A stretch of 64,000 bases of DNA from Pseudomonadales bacterium (GCA_036960805.1 JBALXL010000005.1:15300-79299); one strand, 5' to 3'. Positions 10,564 to 22,955 are shown, numbered from the stretch's first letter. Notes: generated by a model from the letters alone, not told the origin. A program made the numbers and translations.

Positions 10564-11721
10564 ATGCCGATGGAACCACGAACGGATGATGAATTAGGGC
10601 CATGGTTGGCCCTTTTTTGTGTGCCACGCCTTTCTCTTAGGCTGAGCCATAAATTACTGCAAGCCTATCAAACACCCACCAAAATACTGACTGCGATGGA
10701 GCAGGAATTACGCGCTTGCCGTGTTAAGCCTGAAGCCATTACCGCAATGGCTGAATATCGGAAAACCCCTGAGCATAGCGCTATCGGTAAATTGCTGGCC
10801 TCGGCGCTTGAATGGCAAGCACGTGAGGCGGATCATCATCTTATTCATTGGACACATCCCTGTTACCCTCAGGCATTACGTGAAATTGCTCAGCCGCCGT
10901 TGCTGCTGTTTGTTGTGGGTAACGCGAAACTTCTGAATCAACCACAACTGGCGATGGTTGGCAGTCGCTCTCCCAGTATTGACGGACAGCAGTTAGCGTA
11001 CCAGTTTGCCGCACAGTTGAGCCGGGCCGGGTTTTTGATTACTAGTGGGCTAGCGATGGGTATTGATGGAGCTAGTCACGCTGGTGCTTTATCGACAAAT
11101 TTGCCCACTATTGCGGTCATGGCCACGGGTATTGATCAAGTCTACCCTCGCAAGCATCAAACTTTGGCTGAACAAATAAGGCGTAACGGGGCGCTTGTTT
11201 CGGAGTTCCCACTGGGGCAGGCTCCTCGTGCACAACATTTTCCCCAGCGGAACCGTATTATCAGTGGCTTAAGTTTGGGCGTGCTAGTAGTGGAAGCGGC
11301 TATTAAAAGCGGTTCTTTAATTACCGCACGTTTTGCACTGGAGCAAAACAGAGAGGTATTCGCAATTCCTGGATCAACCCATAATCCAGTAGCAAAAGGC
11401 TGTCATTTGTTAATTCGCGAGGGCGCAAAACTTGTGGAAACGGCAGAGCATATTTTGGAAGAATTGAGTTTACAATTGCCTCTTTTCTCATCCTCTTGCG
11501 AAAGTGAACAGCGACCGTCGCAGGTAACTAAGTTGCAGCAGTTGGTTCTGGAAAAAATGGGATTTGATATGATTTCTACAGATTTATTGGTGGAAAGAAC
11601 GCAGTTATTAGTCACGGAGTTATCTGCTACGCTCACAGAGCTTACCCTGTTGGGGCAGATTGAAAACACAACCGGTGGGTTTATACGCACCTTTACGGAC
11701 CATCCAAAAACCAGTAATTAA
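10564..11721 (+). CDS. dprA: DNA-processing protein DprA (Smf)
   Basis: 385 aa with the DprA Rossmann core (LAMVGSRSPS, SGLAMGIDGASH, PQRNRIISGLS, VVEAAIKSGSLITA). Confidence 0.9.
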   Translation: MPMEPRTDDELGPWLALFCVPRLSLRLSHKLLQAYQTPTKILTAMEQELRACRVKPEAITAMAEYRKTPEHSAIGKLLASALEWQAREADHHLIHWTHPCYPQALREIAQPPLLLFVVGNAKLLNQPQLAMVGSRSPSIDGQQLAYQFAAQLSRAGFLITSGLAMGIDGASHAGALSTNLPTIAVMATGIDQVYPRKHQTLAEQIRRNGALVSEFPLGQAPRAQHFPQRNRIISGLSLGVLVVEAAIKSGSLITARFALEQNREVFAIPGSTHNPVAKGCHLLIREGAKLVETAEHILEELSLQLPLFSSSCESEQRPSQVTKLQQLVLEKMGFDMISTDLLVERTQLLVTELSATLTELTLLGQIENTTGGFIRTFTDHPKTSN

Positions 11722-11828
11722 TCACAAGTATCTCCTTTCATTCGCTGGCTTCATCACTTGCAAGCCTTATCTGGCTGGGGTAGTTTTCTGTGTTATTAAT
11801 ATTGAAAGACCTCAGCGATTAACTTTTT

Positions 11829-12386
11829 ATGACATCACCATCTACTCCTATTCAACAAGCAGTTGCTGCTATACGTGCTGGTGGCGTTATTGCTTACCCA
11901 ACAGAAGCTGTTTGGGGCTTAGGCTGTGACCCTCACAACCTCGACGCAGTGGAGAAGCTGCTAGCGATTAAGCAGCGCTCGATGGCTAAGGGATTGATTT
12001 TAGTGGCCGCTAATATTGAGCAGTTAAAGCCTTTTTTTGGTGAAATGACGGCGGATCAATATCGGCTTTTACAAGCTAATTGGCCGGGCTTTACAACTTT
12101 TATAGTCCCTGCATCTCCGCAAGTTCCTCAATGGATAAAAGGTGACTTTGACAGTATTGCCTTGCGGGTCAGTGCCCACCCTTTGGTGCGTGAACTGTGT
12201 GAAGCATTTGCAGGCCCTTTGGTATCCACGTCAGCTAATTTGTCAGGGCAGTCTCCAGCGCAAAGTTTTGATCAGGTGGTGAAGACTTTTTCTACTAAAG
12301 TCGATTTTGTATTGCCGGGTAATTTGGGTGATGCATCTAAGCCTTCGCCAATTATTGATATTCATAGTGGCCAAGTATTGCGCTAG
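11829..12386 (+). CDS. tsaC: L-threonylcarbamoyladenylate synthase type 1 (TsaC/YrdC)
   Basis: 185 aa with GGVIAYPTEAVWGLGCDP and STSANLSG motifs. Confidence 0.87.
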   Translation: MTSPSTPIQQAVAAIRAGGVIAYPTEAVWGLGCDPHNLDAVEKLLAIKQRSMAKGLILVAANIEQLKPFFGEMTADQYRLLQANWPGFTTFIVPASPQVPQWIKGDFDSIALRVSAHPLVRELCEAFAGPLVSTSANLSGQSPAQSFDQVVKTFSTKVDFVLPGNLGDASKPSPIIDIHSGQVLR

Positions 12387-12482
12387 AAGTGTGACTTATA
12401 GCGTGAGATATATTTTTTCGTTGTCATATTTTGCTACCATGTGCCTTGTATTTACGGGGTTGTGACAGCCCTGTGAGATTAA

Positions 12483-14239
<1,757 letters not shown>

Positions 14240-14248
14240 CTGATAGCC

Positions 14249-14671
14249 ATGTGGTTTCAAAAAACCATCAACCTTAAACCTCAGTCTCGAGGTTTTCATT
14301 TGGTGACTGAAGAAGTTGAAGCACAACTGCCGGAGCTTTCAGAGCTCAAGGTAGGTTTGGCGCACCTTTTTATTCAGCATACATCCGCCTCATTGAGTGT
14401 TAATGAAAATGCTGATCCCACAGTGCGAATGGATTTTGAATCGCATATCAATCAAATGGTGCCTGAAAACGCGCCTTACTATCGACACACACTGGAAGGC
14501 CCTGATGATATGCCCGCGCATATTAAAAGCTCGCTAATGGGTTGTAGTGTGACAGTGCCGGTTAGCAACGGACATTTTAATCTGGGAACCTGGCAGGGTA
14601 TTTATTTGGGTGAACACCGTGATTATGGTGGCAGTCGGCGAATCGTGATTACTTTGCAGGGTGAAGGGTAA
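14249..14671 (+). CDS. YjbQ/UPF0047 family protein (secondary thiamine-phosphate synthase family)
   Basis: 140 aa with family-typical sequence (HTSASL..NENADP, MPAHIKSSL, GTWQGIYL.EHR). Confidence 0.85.
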   Translation: MWFQKTINLKPQSRGFHLVTEEVEAQLPELSELKVGLAHLFIQHTSASLSVNENADPTVRMDFESHINQMVPENAPYYRHTLEGPDDMPAHIKSSLMGCSVTVPVSNGHFNLGTWQGIYLGEHRDYGGSRRIVITLQGEG

Positions 14672-14706
14672 TTTAATAGCTGTACGAGATATGCTTTGTG
14701 TTAGTT

Positions 14707-14736
14707 GAATGACATTAAATCCGTTCAATGTCATTC
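14707..14736. terminator. 10-bp perfect inverted repeat between convergent genes (candidate bidirectional terminator)
   Basis: GAATGACATT (14707-14716) pairs with AATGTCATTC (14727-14736) across a 10-nt loop. It lies between the yjbQ-like (+) and gamma-CA-like (-) stops. There is no strong U-tract. Confidence 0.4.
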
Positions 14737-14775
14737 CAGTCACTAAAGAGCTAGCAGTTTAATCAAGAGAAGTGA

Positions 14776-15321
14776 TTAATGCGCATCCTGCATTTGATCT
14801 ACAAGATGTTGGTTTTTCAGTTTCACGTAATGGCCCGCGCTGTAAGTAAAGAACGAGCGCTCAAAGTCGGTTAATGGGCGTACACGTTTTGCTGGGCTGC
14901 CAAGATAGAGATAACCGCTTTCCAGTACTTTGCCTGGTGCCACCAAACTGCCGGCGCCCAGTACCACGTCTGACTCGATTACCGCGCCATCCATAATGGT
15001 CGCGCCCATGCCGATGAGAACGCGATCATGAACGGTGCAGCCGTGCAAAATTACTTTATGGCCGACAGTTACATCATCACCAACGTATAGCGAATGCCCC
15101 TCGTTGCTGGGGCCGGGGTGTGTGACGTGTAATACGCAACCATCTTGAATATTACTGCGGCTACCAATACGCACCTTGTTAACGTCAGCTCGAATAACAG
15201 TCATCGGCCATACTGAGGTGTCATCTCCGATTTTGGCATCGCCCAGCACCAGTGCAGTGGGATCTACATAAGTGTTGTTGCCTAATTTAGGCGTGATTCC
15301 TTGAAAAGTACGTGTTGTCAT
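14776..15321 (-). CDS. Gamma-carbonic-anhydrase-like / hexapeptide-repeat protein (YrdA family)
   Basis: 181 aa left-handed beta-helix hexapeptide repeats (IGDDTSVWP, IGSRSNIQDG, VGDDVTVGH, IGMGATIMDG). Confidence 0.85.
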   Translation of the reverse strand: MTTRTFQGITPKLGNNTYVDPTALVLGDAKIGDDTSVWPMTVIRADVNKVRIGSRSNIQDGCVLHVTHPGPSNEGHSLYVGDDVTVGHKVILHGCTVHDRVLIGMGATIMDGAVIESDVVLGAGSLVAPGKVLESGYLYLGSPAKRVRPLTDFERSFFTYSAGHYVKLKNQHLVDQMQDAH

Positions 15322-15449
15322 CAGATTTACTGTTCTCCGGCCTTGAATTAATAGATTTAAACAGAATATATCCTAAGTGTAGCGCAACCTAATTGTGGGC
15401 ACCTCTATTAATTGATGTGTCTTTATATAATAAATGGAAAAACTTTTCT

Positions 15450-17486
15450 ATGACCAACCCTCTGCTGCAGTCGGCCGAACTACCCACTTTTTCAGCAATT
15501 AAACCTGAGCATATACAGCCAGCTATCGAGCAATTACTGCAGCGCAATCGGGATCAGATTCATGCAGTATTAGCGTCGGGAAATGAACTGACTTGGGACG
15601 CTCTGGTGATGCCGCTTGAAGCGTTGGATGATCAGCTGAGCCAATCCTGGTCGCCGGTCAGTCATATGAACTCTGTGGTTAATAATGATGCCCTGCGTGA
15701 GGCTTATAACGCCTGTTTACCGTTGCTGAGCGAATACAGCACAGAAATGGGACAAAGCCCCGAGCTTTACAGTGCTTATCAGGCAATTGCGGATAGCGAA
15801 AGTTATGCTCAACTTGATCAGGCGCAGCAAAAAAGTATCGATAATACCCTGCGTGATTTTCGTCTTGCGGGCGTGGCATTATCGGACGATAAGAAACAGC
15901 GCTATGGCGATATCAAAAAGCGCCTGTCGGAACTTACCAGTAAATTTTCTGAAAATGTGCTGGATGCCACACAGGCTTGGACCAAGCTTGTAGATAACGC
16001 TGATGAATTAACCGGCGTGCCTGAATCCTCTTTAGCGGCCATGGCGCAGGCCGCTGAAGCTAAAGATCAACAAGGCTATTTGGTGACACTTGAATTCCCT
16101 TCCTATTTCCCCATCGTCACCTATTGTGAAAATGCCGCGTTACGCGAAGAGGTTTATGAAGCCTTTGTGACTCGTGCATCGGATCAAGGCCCTAATGCAG
16201 GTGAGTGGGATAACAGCGATTTAATCGATGAAATTCTCGCGTTGCGTCATGAGCTGGCAAGGTTGCTGGATTTTGATAATTACGCCGCCTATTCCCTGGC
16301 CACTAAAATGGCCGAAACACCGCGTCAGGTTACCCAGTTTTTACAGGATCTAGCCGATAAATCGCGGCCTCAGGCGTTACAAGAATTTGCTGAATTGCAG
16401 GCCTACGCAAAGGAAAGCTTTGATGTGGCAGCGTTACAGCCATGGGATGTTGGTTTTTACAGTGAAAAACTGCGTCAACATCGTTATGCGATTTCTCAAG
16501 AGGAGTTACGTCCTTATTTCCCGGTGAATAAAGTGATTTCCGGTATGTTTGAGGTAGTGCATCGTCTCTATGGCATTGATATTGAAGCGGTGACTGCGGT
16601 TGATAGCTGGCATCAGGATGTGCGTTTTTATGAAATCAAAAAAGACGGCCAAGCGATCGGTCGTTTTTATCTCGACCTTTACGCGCGTGCCAATAAACGT
16701 GGTGGCGCCTGGATGGATGAATGCCGGGTTAGGCGTCGTGACAGCGATGGTAACTTGCAGCTTCCTGTAGCGTATCTGACCTGTAACTTTAATGGCCCAG
16801 TTGGTGATAAACCTGCGTTGTTAACTCATAACGAAGTAACTACGTTGTTTCATGAATTTGGCCATGGTTTACACCATATGCTGACGCAAATTGAAGTGGG
16901 TGCCGTATCAGGGATTAACGGTGTGCCATGGGATGCGGTGGAATTACCCAGCCAGTTTATGGAAAACTGGTGCTGGCAGCCCGAAGGTATTGCACTCATC
17001 TCAAGTCACTTTGAAACCGGCGAGCCGTTGCCAAAGGCCATGCTGGATAAACTACTGGCGGCACGTAATTTTCAGGCAGCCATGCAAATGGTGCGACAGC
17101 TTGAGTTTTCGCTGTTCGATTTCCGTATTCATCAGGAATATAACCCGCAGCTTCAGGGTGGCGTACAGGCTATTCTGGATGAAGTCCGTGAACAGCTCGC
17201 TGTAGTGCCTATTGTGCCGTACAACCGGTTCCAGCATGGTTTTAGTCATATCTTTGCCGGCGGTTATGCGGCGGGTTATTACAGCTATAAATGGGCCGAA
17301 GTGCTGTCTGCCGATGCCTTCTCAAAATTTGAGGAAGAGGGTATTTTCAATAAAGAAACAGGACAATCGTTTCTGGAAAACGTACTTCATAAAGGTGGTT
17401 CAGAAGAGCCGATGGCATTGTTTGTAGCGTTTCGTGGGCGTGAGCCGAGTGTAGAGCCTTTATTGCGACATAGCGGATTGGCATAA
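15450..17486 (+). CDS. prlC: Oligopeptidase A (M3 family zinc metallopeptidase)
   Basis: About 678 aa from the ATG at 15450 (MTNPLLQS...), with the HEFGH zinc motif. The track ORF begins upstream at 15393. Confidence 0.92.
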   Translation: MTNPLLQSAELPTFSAIKPEHIQPAIEQLLQRNRDQIHAVLASGNELTWDALVMPLEALDDQLSQSWSPVSHMNSVVNNDALREAYNACLPLLSEYSTEMGQSPELYSAYQAIADSESYAQLDQAQQKSIDNTLRDFRLAGVALSDDKKQRYGDIKKRLSELTSKFSENVLDATQAWTKLVDNADELTGVPESSLAAMAQAAEAKDQQGYLVTLEFPSYFPIVTYCENAALREEVYEAFVTRASDQGPNAGEWDNSDLIDEILALRHELARLLDFDNYAAYSLATKMAETPRQVTQFLQDLADKSRPQALQEFAELQAYAKESFDVAALQPWDVGFYSEKLRQHRYAISQEELRPYFPVNKVISGMFEVVHRLYGIDIEAVTAVDSWHQDVRFYEIKKDGQAIGRFYLDLYARANKRGGAWMDECRVRRRDSDGNLQLPVAYLTCNFNGPVGDKPALLTHNEVTTLFHEFGHGLHHMLTQIEVGAVSGINGVPWDAVELPSQFMENWCWQPEGIALISSHFETGEPLPKAMLDKLLAARNFQAAMQMVRQLEFSLFDFRIHQEYNPQLQGGVQAILDEVREQLAVVPIVPYNRFQHGFSHIFAGGYAAGYYSYKWAEVLSADAFSKFEEEGIFNKETGQSFLENVLHKGGSEEPMALFVAFRGREPSVEPLLRHSGLA

Positions 17487-17548
17487 TGTCGGTGGTGCAA
17501 AATTAGTGAAGTGTTTTACATATCAATGTGAATCAAGGACATAGGCAA

Positions 17549-17794
17549 ATGAAGGATTTATTGTTTTTTGAAAAAATGGTGACGCCAAAAATTATCAACC
17601 TTGTTTACTGGTTGATGCTGGCTAGCACGATTGTTACTGGCTTTGGCGCGATGTTTAGCCATTATGGTGGCGGTTTTATTGCTGGTGTCATTATTTTAAT
17701 TAGCGGGGCTATTGGCGCGCGTATTTTTTGTGAATTGTTGATTGTGCTATTTAAAATCAACGAAAACATGCAGAAAATTGCTGATAAGCCTTAA
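17549..17794 (+). CDS. DUF4282-like small membrane protein
   Basis: MKDLLFFEKMVTPKIINLVYW... followed by two TM helices. AAGGA lies about 9 nt upstream of the ATG at 17549; the track ORF starts at GTG 17528. Confidence 0.6.
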   Translation: MKDLLFFEKMVTPKIINLVYWLMLASTIVTGFGAMFSHYGGGFIAGVIILISGAIGARIFCELLIVLFKINENMQKIADKP

Positions 17795-17846
17795 GCATTT
17801 TAAATTTCGTTTTGAAACTTCGTTTTATTAATTAAGGAAAGAAATC

Positions 17847-18128
17847 ATGAGCAGAGCAAGTGCAAGACACCTATTGGTAGAGACAGAAGAAAAGTGTGCA
17901 GAATTAAAAGCTGAAATTGAAAATGGTGCAGATTTTGCCGATGTTGCCAAAGAGCATTCATCTTGCCCGTCTGGCGGCAGTGGTGGTGATTTAGGCGAAT
18001 TTGGTCCAGGCCAAATGGTACGTGAGTTTGATGAAGTAGTTTTCAGCGCGCCGTTGAACACTGTACAAGGTCCGGTTAAAACGCAGTTTGGTTACCACCT
18101 ACTGGAAGTGACTAGTCGTACAGACTAG
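17847..18128 (+). CDS. ppiC: Parvulin-type peptidyl-prolyl cis-trans isomerase C
   Basis: 93 aa that closely resembles PpiC (ASARHLLV..., HSSCPSGGSGGDLGEFGPGQMV, FGYHLLEV). Confidence 0.9.
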   Translation: MSRASARHLLVETEEKCAELKAEIENGADFADVAKEHSSCPSGGSGGDLGEFGPGQMVREFDEVVFSAPLNTVQGPVKTQFGYHLLEVTSRTD

Positions 18129-18140
18129 CTAGATCAGTAT

Positions 18141-18174
18141 TCACCGCTGTAATGCGCAACGCATACAGCGGTGA
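18141..18174. terminator. Long perfect hairpin between convergent ppiC and the PepSY gene (candidate bidirectional terminator)
   Basis: TCACCGCTGTA (18141-18151) pairs with TACAGCGGTGA (18164-18174), with an inner TGCG/CGCA extension. Confidence 0.5.
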
Positions 18175-18186
18175 TTAAACCACAGG

Positions 18187-19695
18187 CTAGCTTTCCTTAA
18201 GTGCAGGTACTGCGAAGCGTTGGCTTTTTCGGCCCCGTCTTTTGCGGAGATAAAGAAGAGACCCCATACAGGCCGTCGTCATAATAAGTATCACAATGAC
18301 GCTCATGATCAGATCACGCGCTATCACACTGAATCCTACTTTATTGAGGAAACGGTATTTGTGCAGAAACATGAAATGCAACGTTTTGGCCAGCTCTGGC
18401 CCCGTCACACGATTAGCCACCAGTCCGGTTTGGGTTTCAATGTAATAAGCCAGTAAGCCTTCCTGTTTAAAAACCACCTTATGTACCGGCAAGCGTTTTA
18501 GTATTCCCGGATAGTCTCGGCCAAAGTGCTGACGAACCTCTGTTTTAGCAATTTTCTCAATGGCTACACCACTGGCTAACGCTGCAAGAGACATTGCATA
18601 TTGTCTGTCGCCATCTTTTAACCAATGGCCAGAGATGCTGGATTGGTAGTTGAGATTTTTACCTTGCTCGGTAACGTCATGATATTGCCAATAAACACCA
18701 TCGGATAGTCGCGCCAGTGAAATGTTAGTGCTGTTGCGTTGAGCTAGTTGCGGAATCGGGTTAACCGCTAATTCAGCGGTAGTGAAAGCAGCTGGAGGCG
18801 TGAAGGCGAAAAACTCATTGGCCTGATAATTCCCCCATAGCTGATGCAAACCGCTGGAGGCAAAACCAAGCATACTCAAGCTGATGAAAACGCCTATGGT
18901 ACGGTGCCAGGCATTCATGTTTTTTAGCTTGAGAGCTTTTGTTTTCACACGTTTAACAAAGCCGCCATAAAGTATCAGGCCACATACTCCAAGGATAAAA
19001 ATAAGAGCAATCAGCACGGCCAACACAGTGATTCTAATGGGGTCGTGACGTTCGCCGAGCCAGTCCCAGGTGTGAAGTGTTCGGAATGTCCACATCAGGG
19101 CATTTCGATAACGATCACTGACGGTTGCTAAGCGGCTGCTGGTGGTATCGACGACAACTTTTAATTTGTCAGGGCGATCAAAGCTGACACGATAGGCAGG
19201 TAGCAAACGATTGATCGGCGCATAGTAGGTATCAAACGACGTGAGCTTTTCCACTTGAGTAATAGGGGCATCGGGGATATCTGCAAAATAGCGTGCTAAC
19301 CATTGCGCATATTGATGATCGCCATTCATTAACTCCTCGCCGGTCTGTACGGAGAAGTAGCGCATGGTGAGCCAGGGCCAGGGGCGCGCTTCCTGATATT
19401 GACTGATTTCTGGTGCTGGTTGGCGAATTTGGATTTGATACCAAGTTTGCTCGTTGAATGTCACCAGGCGGAGTTGGTCGACCTGAGCAATATTGTGAGA
19501 CAGAAGCAGCTGTTGGATTGGCACATACCCATCGGCTATCGTGGGTGTGCTGGTTGGTAGCGCCTGGCGAGCCGCCTCGGTAGTAGCAACATGGGCCATC
19601 AAAGGGTGCGCTAGGCCGCTGAGGCACCATAATAAAATGGGCAGAGTCAGAAAAATGCCTAAGCGACGATGCCAGCGGTAAAGGAAGGCGATCAT
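18187..19695 (-). CDS. PepSY-associated TM-helix membrane protein (PiuB-like, iron-regulated membrane protein family)
   Basis: 502 aa with the N-terminal YRWHRRLGIFLTLPILLWCLSGL motif and additional TM helices. Its ATG overlaps the upstream receptor stop as ATGA. Confidence 0.8.
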   Translation of the reverse strand: MIAFLYRWHRRLGIFLTLPILLWCLSGLAHPLMAHVATTEAARQALPTSTPTIADGYVPIQQLLLSHNIAQVDQLRLVTFNEQTWYQIQIRQPAPEISQYQEARPWPWLTMRYFSVQTGEELMNGDHQYAQWLARYFADIPDAPITQVEKLTSFDTYYAPINRLLPAYRVSFDRPDKLKVVVDTTSSRLATVSDRYRNALMWTFRTLHTWDWLGERHDPIRITVLAVLIALIFILGVCGLILYGGFVKRVKTKALKLKNMNAWHRTIGVFISLSMLGFASSGLHQLWGNYQANEFFAFTPPAAFTTAELAVNPIPQLAQRNSTNISLARLSDGVYWQYHDVTEQGKNLNYQSSISGHWLKDGDRQYAMSLAALASGVAIEKIAKTEVRQHFGRDYPGILKRLPVHKVVFKQEGLLAYYIETQTGLVANRVTGPELAKTLHFMFLHKYRFLNKVGFSVIARDLIMSVIVILIMTTACMGSLLYLRKRRGRKSQRFAVPALKES

Positions 19696-21842
19696 AATTT
19701 GTACTCAAAGCCGACATAGACAGCGATGGGTTCACCGGGGTGTACAGAGGCACCACGTGAGCCTGCGGTAAAGCTAGCGGCGCCATCGGAGATGAAGTCT
19801 TTGTCGGTTAGGTTTCGGCCATCAACAAACCAGTTGAAATGATCGTTATGGCGGTAATTCACTTTCAAGCCGAGAAGAGCGTAACTGTCCACATCATAAG
19901 CGTCTCCGCCGCTGCCATCATAGGTCAAACCATAGCGGCTCACGCCACGAACATTGGGACTGATGCTCCAGGGGCCGTTTTTATAGTTTAGGGCTAGATA
20001 AGCGGTGTGTTCCGGGATGCGAGGTAGCTGGTCATTGTTAACCTGGCTGGAGCCCAGCGATGAGCTGCCATCAAAGTAGAAGTTTGACCAGTTGTAAGTT
20101 AATTGCAGGCGTAAGGTGTCACCATTTTTGAAAATATCGTATCCAGCTAGCCAGCCAAGGCCAACCTCTACACCTTCATGAATCGTGTCGCTGGCATTGA
20201 AGGTAATAGCGCGCTGGTTTGGTGCCGGTTCAAAGTCCAGTAATTCGTCTTTAACCTTGCTGTAAAAGTAAGTGATATCCCAATCGAGTTTATAGCGTTT
20301 GCCTTTGGTGCCTAGCTCGAACGTCCAGGCACTTTGCTCATCAAGAATAGTGCTGCTGTTGGTGCCTAAATCTGTAGAGGAGGGTAAGCCAGTGCTACGC
20401 GCAATATTGGCAAAAACATATTGTTTGGGGCCGAATTGGTGAGAAATGCCGAGCTTTGGGTTGATGCCGTGATGGTCGGCTGTATACGAGTCATCTCCGG
20501 TGTTGGCGTTTGGTTGTGGCTGTCCCAGGCAGGCCGGATTGCCAAAGGGAGGGAAGCAGGCCAGGAAAGCAGGTTCGTTACTCAGCTGATCATCAAAGTC
20601 ACTGTGCGCATTGATGTACTGTAAACCCACAATGACATCAGTGTCTGGTGTTAGCTCAATAGTATCTTCGAAGTAGAGTTCCAGCTGCTTACGCTTAAAG
20701 CTCGCATCATAGGTTTGATCTGTTTTAGTTTGTCCGCCGTCGGCATGGCGAAAGCGGTTGAGCGCATCATCACTGATGCCAACGCGAACACCGGCCAGAT
20801 AACGATGTGAGTAGTCGCCAATGTTGAGCGTGTTTTCATAATGCGCCGAGACACCAACTTGTCGGTAAGTGTTATCGATGATGCCAGTGAAAGGCGTTGG
20901 CAGGTGGTCGAGCTCGGTGTACTTGGCATAAATGCCAAAATCTAATCGCTCATCGCCGATAACTCGGCTGGTTTTGTTGGCAATTCGAAGGTCACGCCAG
21001 TTACGGTCAGTGTCAGAGGATTCGTTGTAGGTGCCAGCTTGCTTTGGGTCAGACCGGAATTGAGCCTTGCTGATGGTGCCGGGTAATTCCGAGCGAGCGC
21101 GAGTTGCCGAGAGATAGGTGCGGGTTTCCCACGAATCGTTCAGTTTGACGCCAAAGTTGGAATTAAAGCGATAGTTTTCCTGCACGGAGTGATCTCGATA
21201 ACCTTCTTTATTCAGGCTATTGAGGGAGACAAAATAGTCCTTGTTGTCGATGACATCGCCAGTCGCAAGTTGAACGCGACGGTAACCAAAATTGCCACCT
21301 TCAACACGCACCAAAGGGTCGCTGTTATATCCCGTTTTGGAAACGTAATTAATAGCGCCACCCTGAGATGCCGCGCCTAGTTTGAGCGCGTTGGCACCAC
21401 GAAACACCTCAACAAAATCAGTAGATAAAACATCGATTAACTGATTTGTTGTGCCGTTATCAAGGCGGCCAAGTGGAATGCCATCCTGAAAGGAGTTAAT
21501 GCCTCGGCCAAAAGAATTGCTGGCAATGCCCGAGCCTCGTATGGAGAGTAAAACATCGTCGTTGCCTGACTGAGACGTTACCCAAACACCGGGCACCTGT
21601 TTGAGAATGTCTTCCTGGTTGCTTAGTTTGCCATCCCGGAACTGTGAGCTCTCAATCACTGAGACTGCCCCCGGCGTTTGTAGAAACTTCTCCTGCGTTT
21701 CATGAAAGGTCGATTGCGTTAGCGTATAGGACTGATTGGGAATGGCTTTAATAATTTCAATGACCTTGTCAGACTCAGCTAAAGCGAGTGGTGCAAAAGA
21801 CAGGAGAGTAAAACTGCAGATAGCGCAGGCAAAATTTTTCAC
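19692..21842 (-). CDS. TonB-dependent outer-membrane receptor (substrate unknown)
   Basis: 716 aa with a signal peptide, a plug domain (VSVIESSQF, IRGSG, DGIPL) and a beta-barrel with alternating Y/F-rich strands. Confidence 0.9.
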   Translation of the reverse strand: MKNFACAICSFTLLSFAPLALAESDKVIEIIKAIPNQSYTLTQSTFHETQEKFLQTPGAVSVIESSQFRDGKLSNQEDILKQVPGVWVTSQSGNDDVLLSIRGSGIASNSFGRGINSFQDGIPLGRLDNGTTNQLIDVLSTDFVEVFRGANALKLGAASQGGAINYVSKTGYNSDPLVRVEGGNFGYRRVQLATGDVIDNKDYFVSLNSLNKEGYRDHSVQENYRFNSNFGVKLNDSWETRTYLSATRARSELPGTISKAQFRSDPKQAGTYNESSDTDRNWRDLRIANKTSRVIGDERLDFGIYAKYTELDHLPTPFTGIIDNTYRQVGVSAHYENTLNIGDYSHRYLAGVRVGISDDALNRFRHADGGQTKTDQTYDASFKRKQLELYFEDTIELTPDTDVIVGLQYINAHSDFDDQLSNEPAFLACFPPFGNPACLGQPQPNANTGDDSYTADHHGINPKLGISHQFGPKQYVFANIARSTGLPSSTDLGTNSSTILDEQSAWTFELGTKGKRYKLDWDITYFYSKVKDELLDFEPAPNQRAITFNASDTIHEGVEVGLGWLAGYDIFKNGDTLRLQLTYNWSNFYFDGSSSLGSSQVNNDQLPRIPEHTAYLALNYKNGPWSISPNVRGVSRYGLTYDGSGGDAYDVDSYALLGLKVNYRHNDHFNWFVDGRNLTDKDFISDGAASFTAGSRGASVHPGEPIAVYVGFEYKL

Positions 21843-22013
21843 AGAACTTTTCCATAGAGGGGTAGGGCGGGCAATTCTAGGGCAGCTTTGTTGTGTTCGG
21901 AATGTGACATAATGTCGCAGCGCGATTATCGGGCCCTGCGCGCGATAAGATGTTTATGTTAAGATGCGCGCATTGTTCGAATGGCATTAAATGATGAGTG
22001 GAAGGGTGTGTAG

Positions 22014-22955
22014 ATGATCGTTGTAACAGGTGGTGCAGGATTTATTGGTAGTAACTTGGTAAAAGGCCTGAATGAACAGGGCCGTACCGATATCTTGGTG
22101 GTGGATGACCTCACCGATGGAACCAAATTCGTCAATATTGCCGATTGTGAAATTGCCGATTACCTTGATAAACACATATTCCTTGAACGTCTTGAGTGCG
22201 GCATGTTACCTGGCGACATCGAAGCCATCATACATTTAGGCGCCTGCTCGGCCACCACTGAGTGGGATGGCCAATTCATGATGGAAAACAATTACGAGTA
22301 CAGTAAAAAGGTTTTCCACTACTGTATCGAAAACCGTATCCCCATGATCTATGCCTCTAGCGCCGCGGTTTATGGTGGAAATACTGAGTTCGCCGAACAG
22401 CGTGAAAATGAGCAGCCGCTCAACGTGTACGGTTATTCAAAATTCCTATTCGATCAATATGTGCGTCGCCACGAAGAGCAAATCCACAGCCAGGTTGTTG
22501 GTCTGCGTTACTTCAATGTTTACGGCCCGCGTGAATCTCACAAAGGTTCTATGGCCAGCGTGGCATTTCACCTGAATAACCAGATCAAAGAAAATGGTCA
22601 GGTGAAACTGTTTGAAGGCTGTGATGGCTATGAAAATGGCGGACAGTTACGTGACTTTATTTATGTGGGTGATGCGGTTAAAGCCAAATTGTGGCTATTA
22701 GCTAATCCTGAAGTTTCTGGGATTTTCAATCTAGGTACTGGTCAGGCACAACCCTTTATTGATGTTGCTAACGCAGTAGTCGACTGGCATGGCAAAGGTG
22801 AAATTGAATTCATCGCGTTCCCTGATCACCTTAAAGGTCGTTACCAGAGTTACACTCAAGCCGATATTAGCGCCCTGCGAGATGCCGGATACAACGAGCC
22901 TTTCCGAACGGTTGAAGAAGGTGTTCGTGAGTATCTTGATTTCCTGAATAAGTAG
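22014..22955 (+). CDS. hldD: ADP-L-glycero-D-manno-heptose-6-epimerase
   Basis: 313 aa. The N-terminus [41 protein letters not shown] is near-identical in pattern to enterobacterial HldD/RfaD. Confidence 0.95.
   Translation: MIVVTGGAGFIGSNLVKGLNEQGRTDILVVDDLTDGTKFVNIADCEIADYLDKHIFLERLECGMLPGDIEAIIHLGACSATTEWDGQFMMENNYEYSKKVFHYCIENRIPMIYASSAAVYGGNTEFAEQRENEQPLNVYGYSKFLFDQYVRRHEEQIHSQVVGLRYFNVYGPRESHKGSMASVAFHLNNQIKENGQVKLFEGCDGYENGGQLRDFIYVGDAVKAKLWLLANPEVSGIFNLGTGQAQPFIDVANAVVDWHGKGEIEFIAFPDHLKGRYQSYTQADISALRDAGYNEPFRTVEEGVREYLDFLNK

Noticed and set aside
19692-21842. TonB-dependent receptor as a BtuB-type B12 importer, given the neighbouring cob locus
   Set aside because: Its 170-nt upstream region contains no cobalamin riboswitch elements. 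It is also 9 kb away from the riboswitch-controlled operon, on the opposite strand. The substrate is left unassigned.
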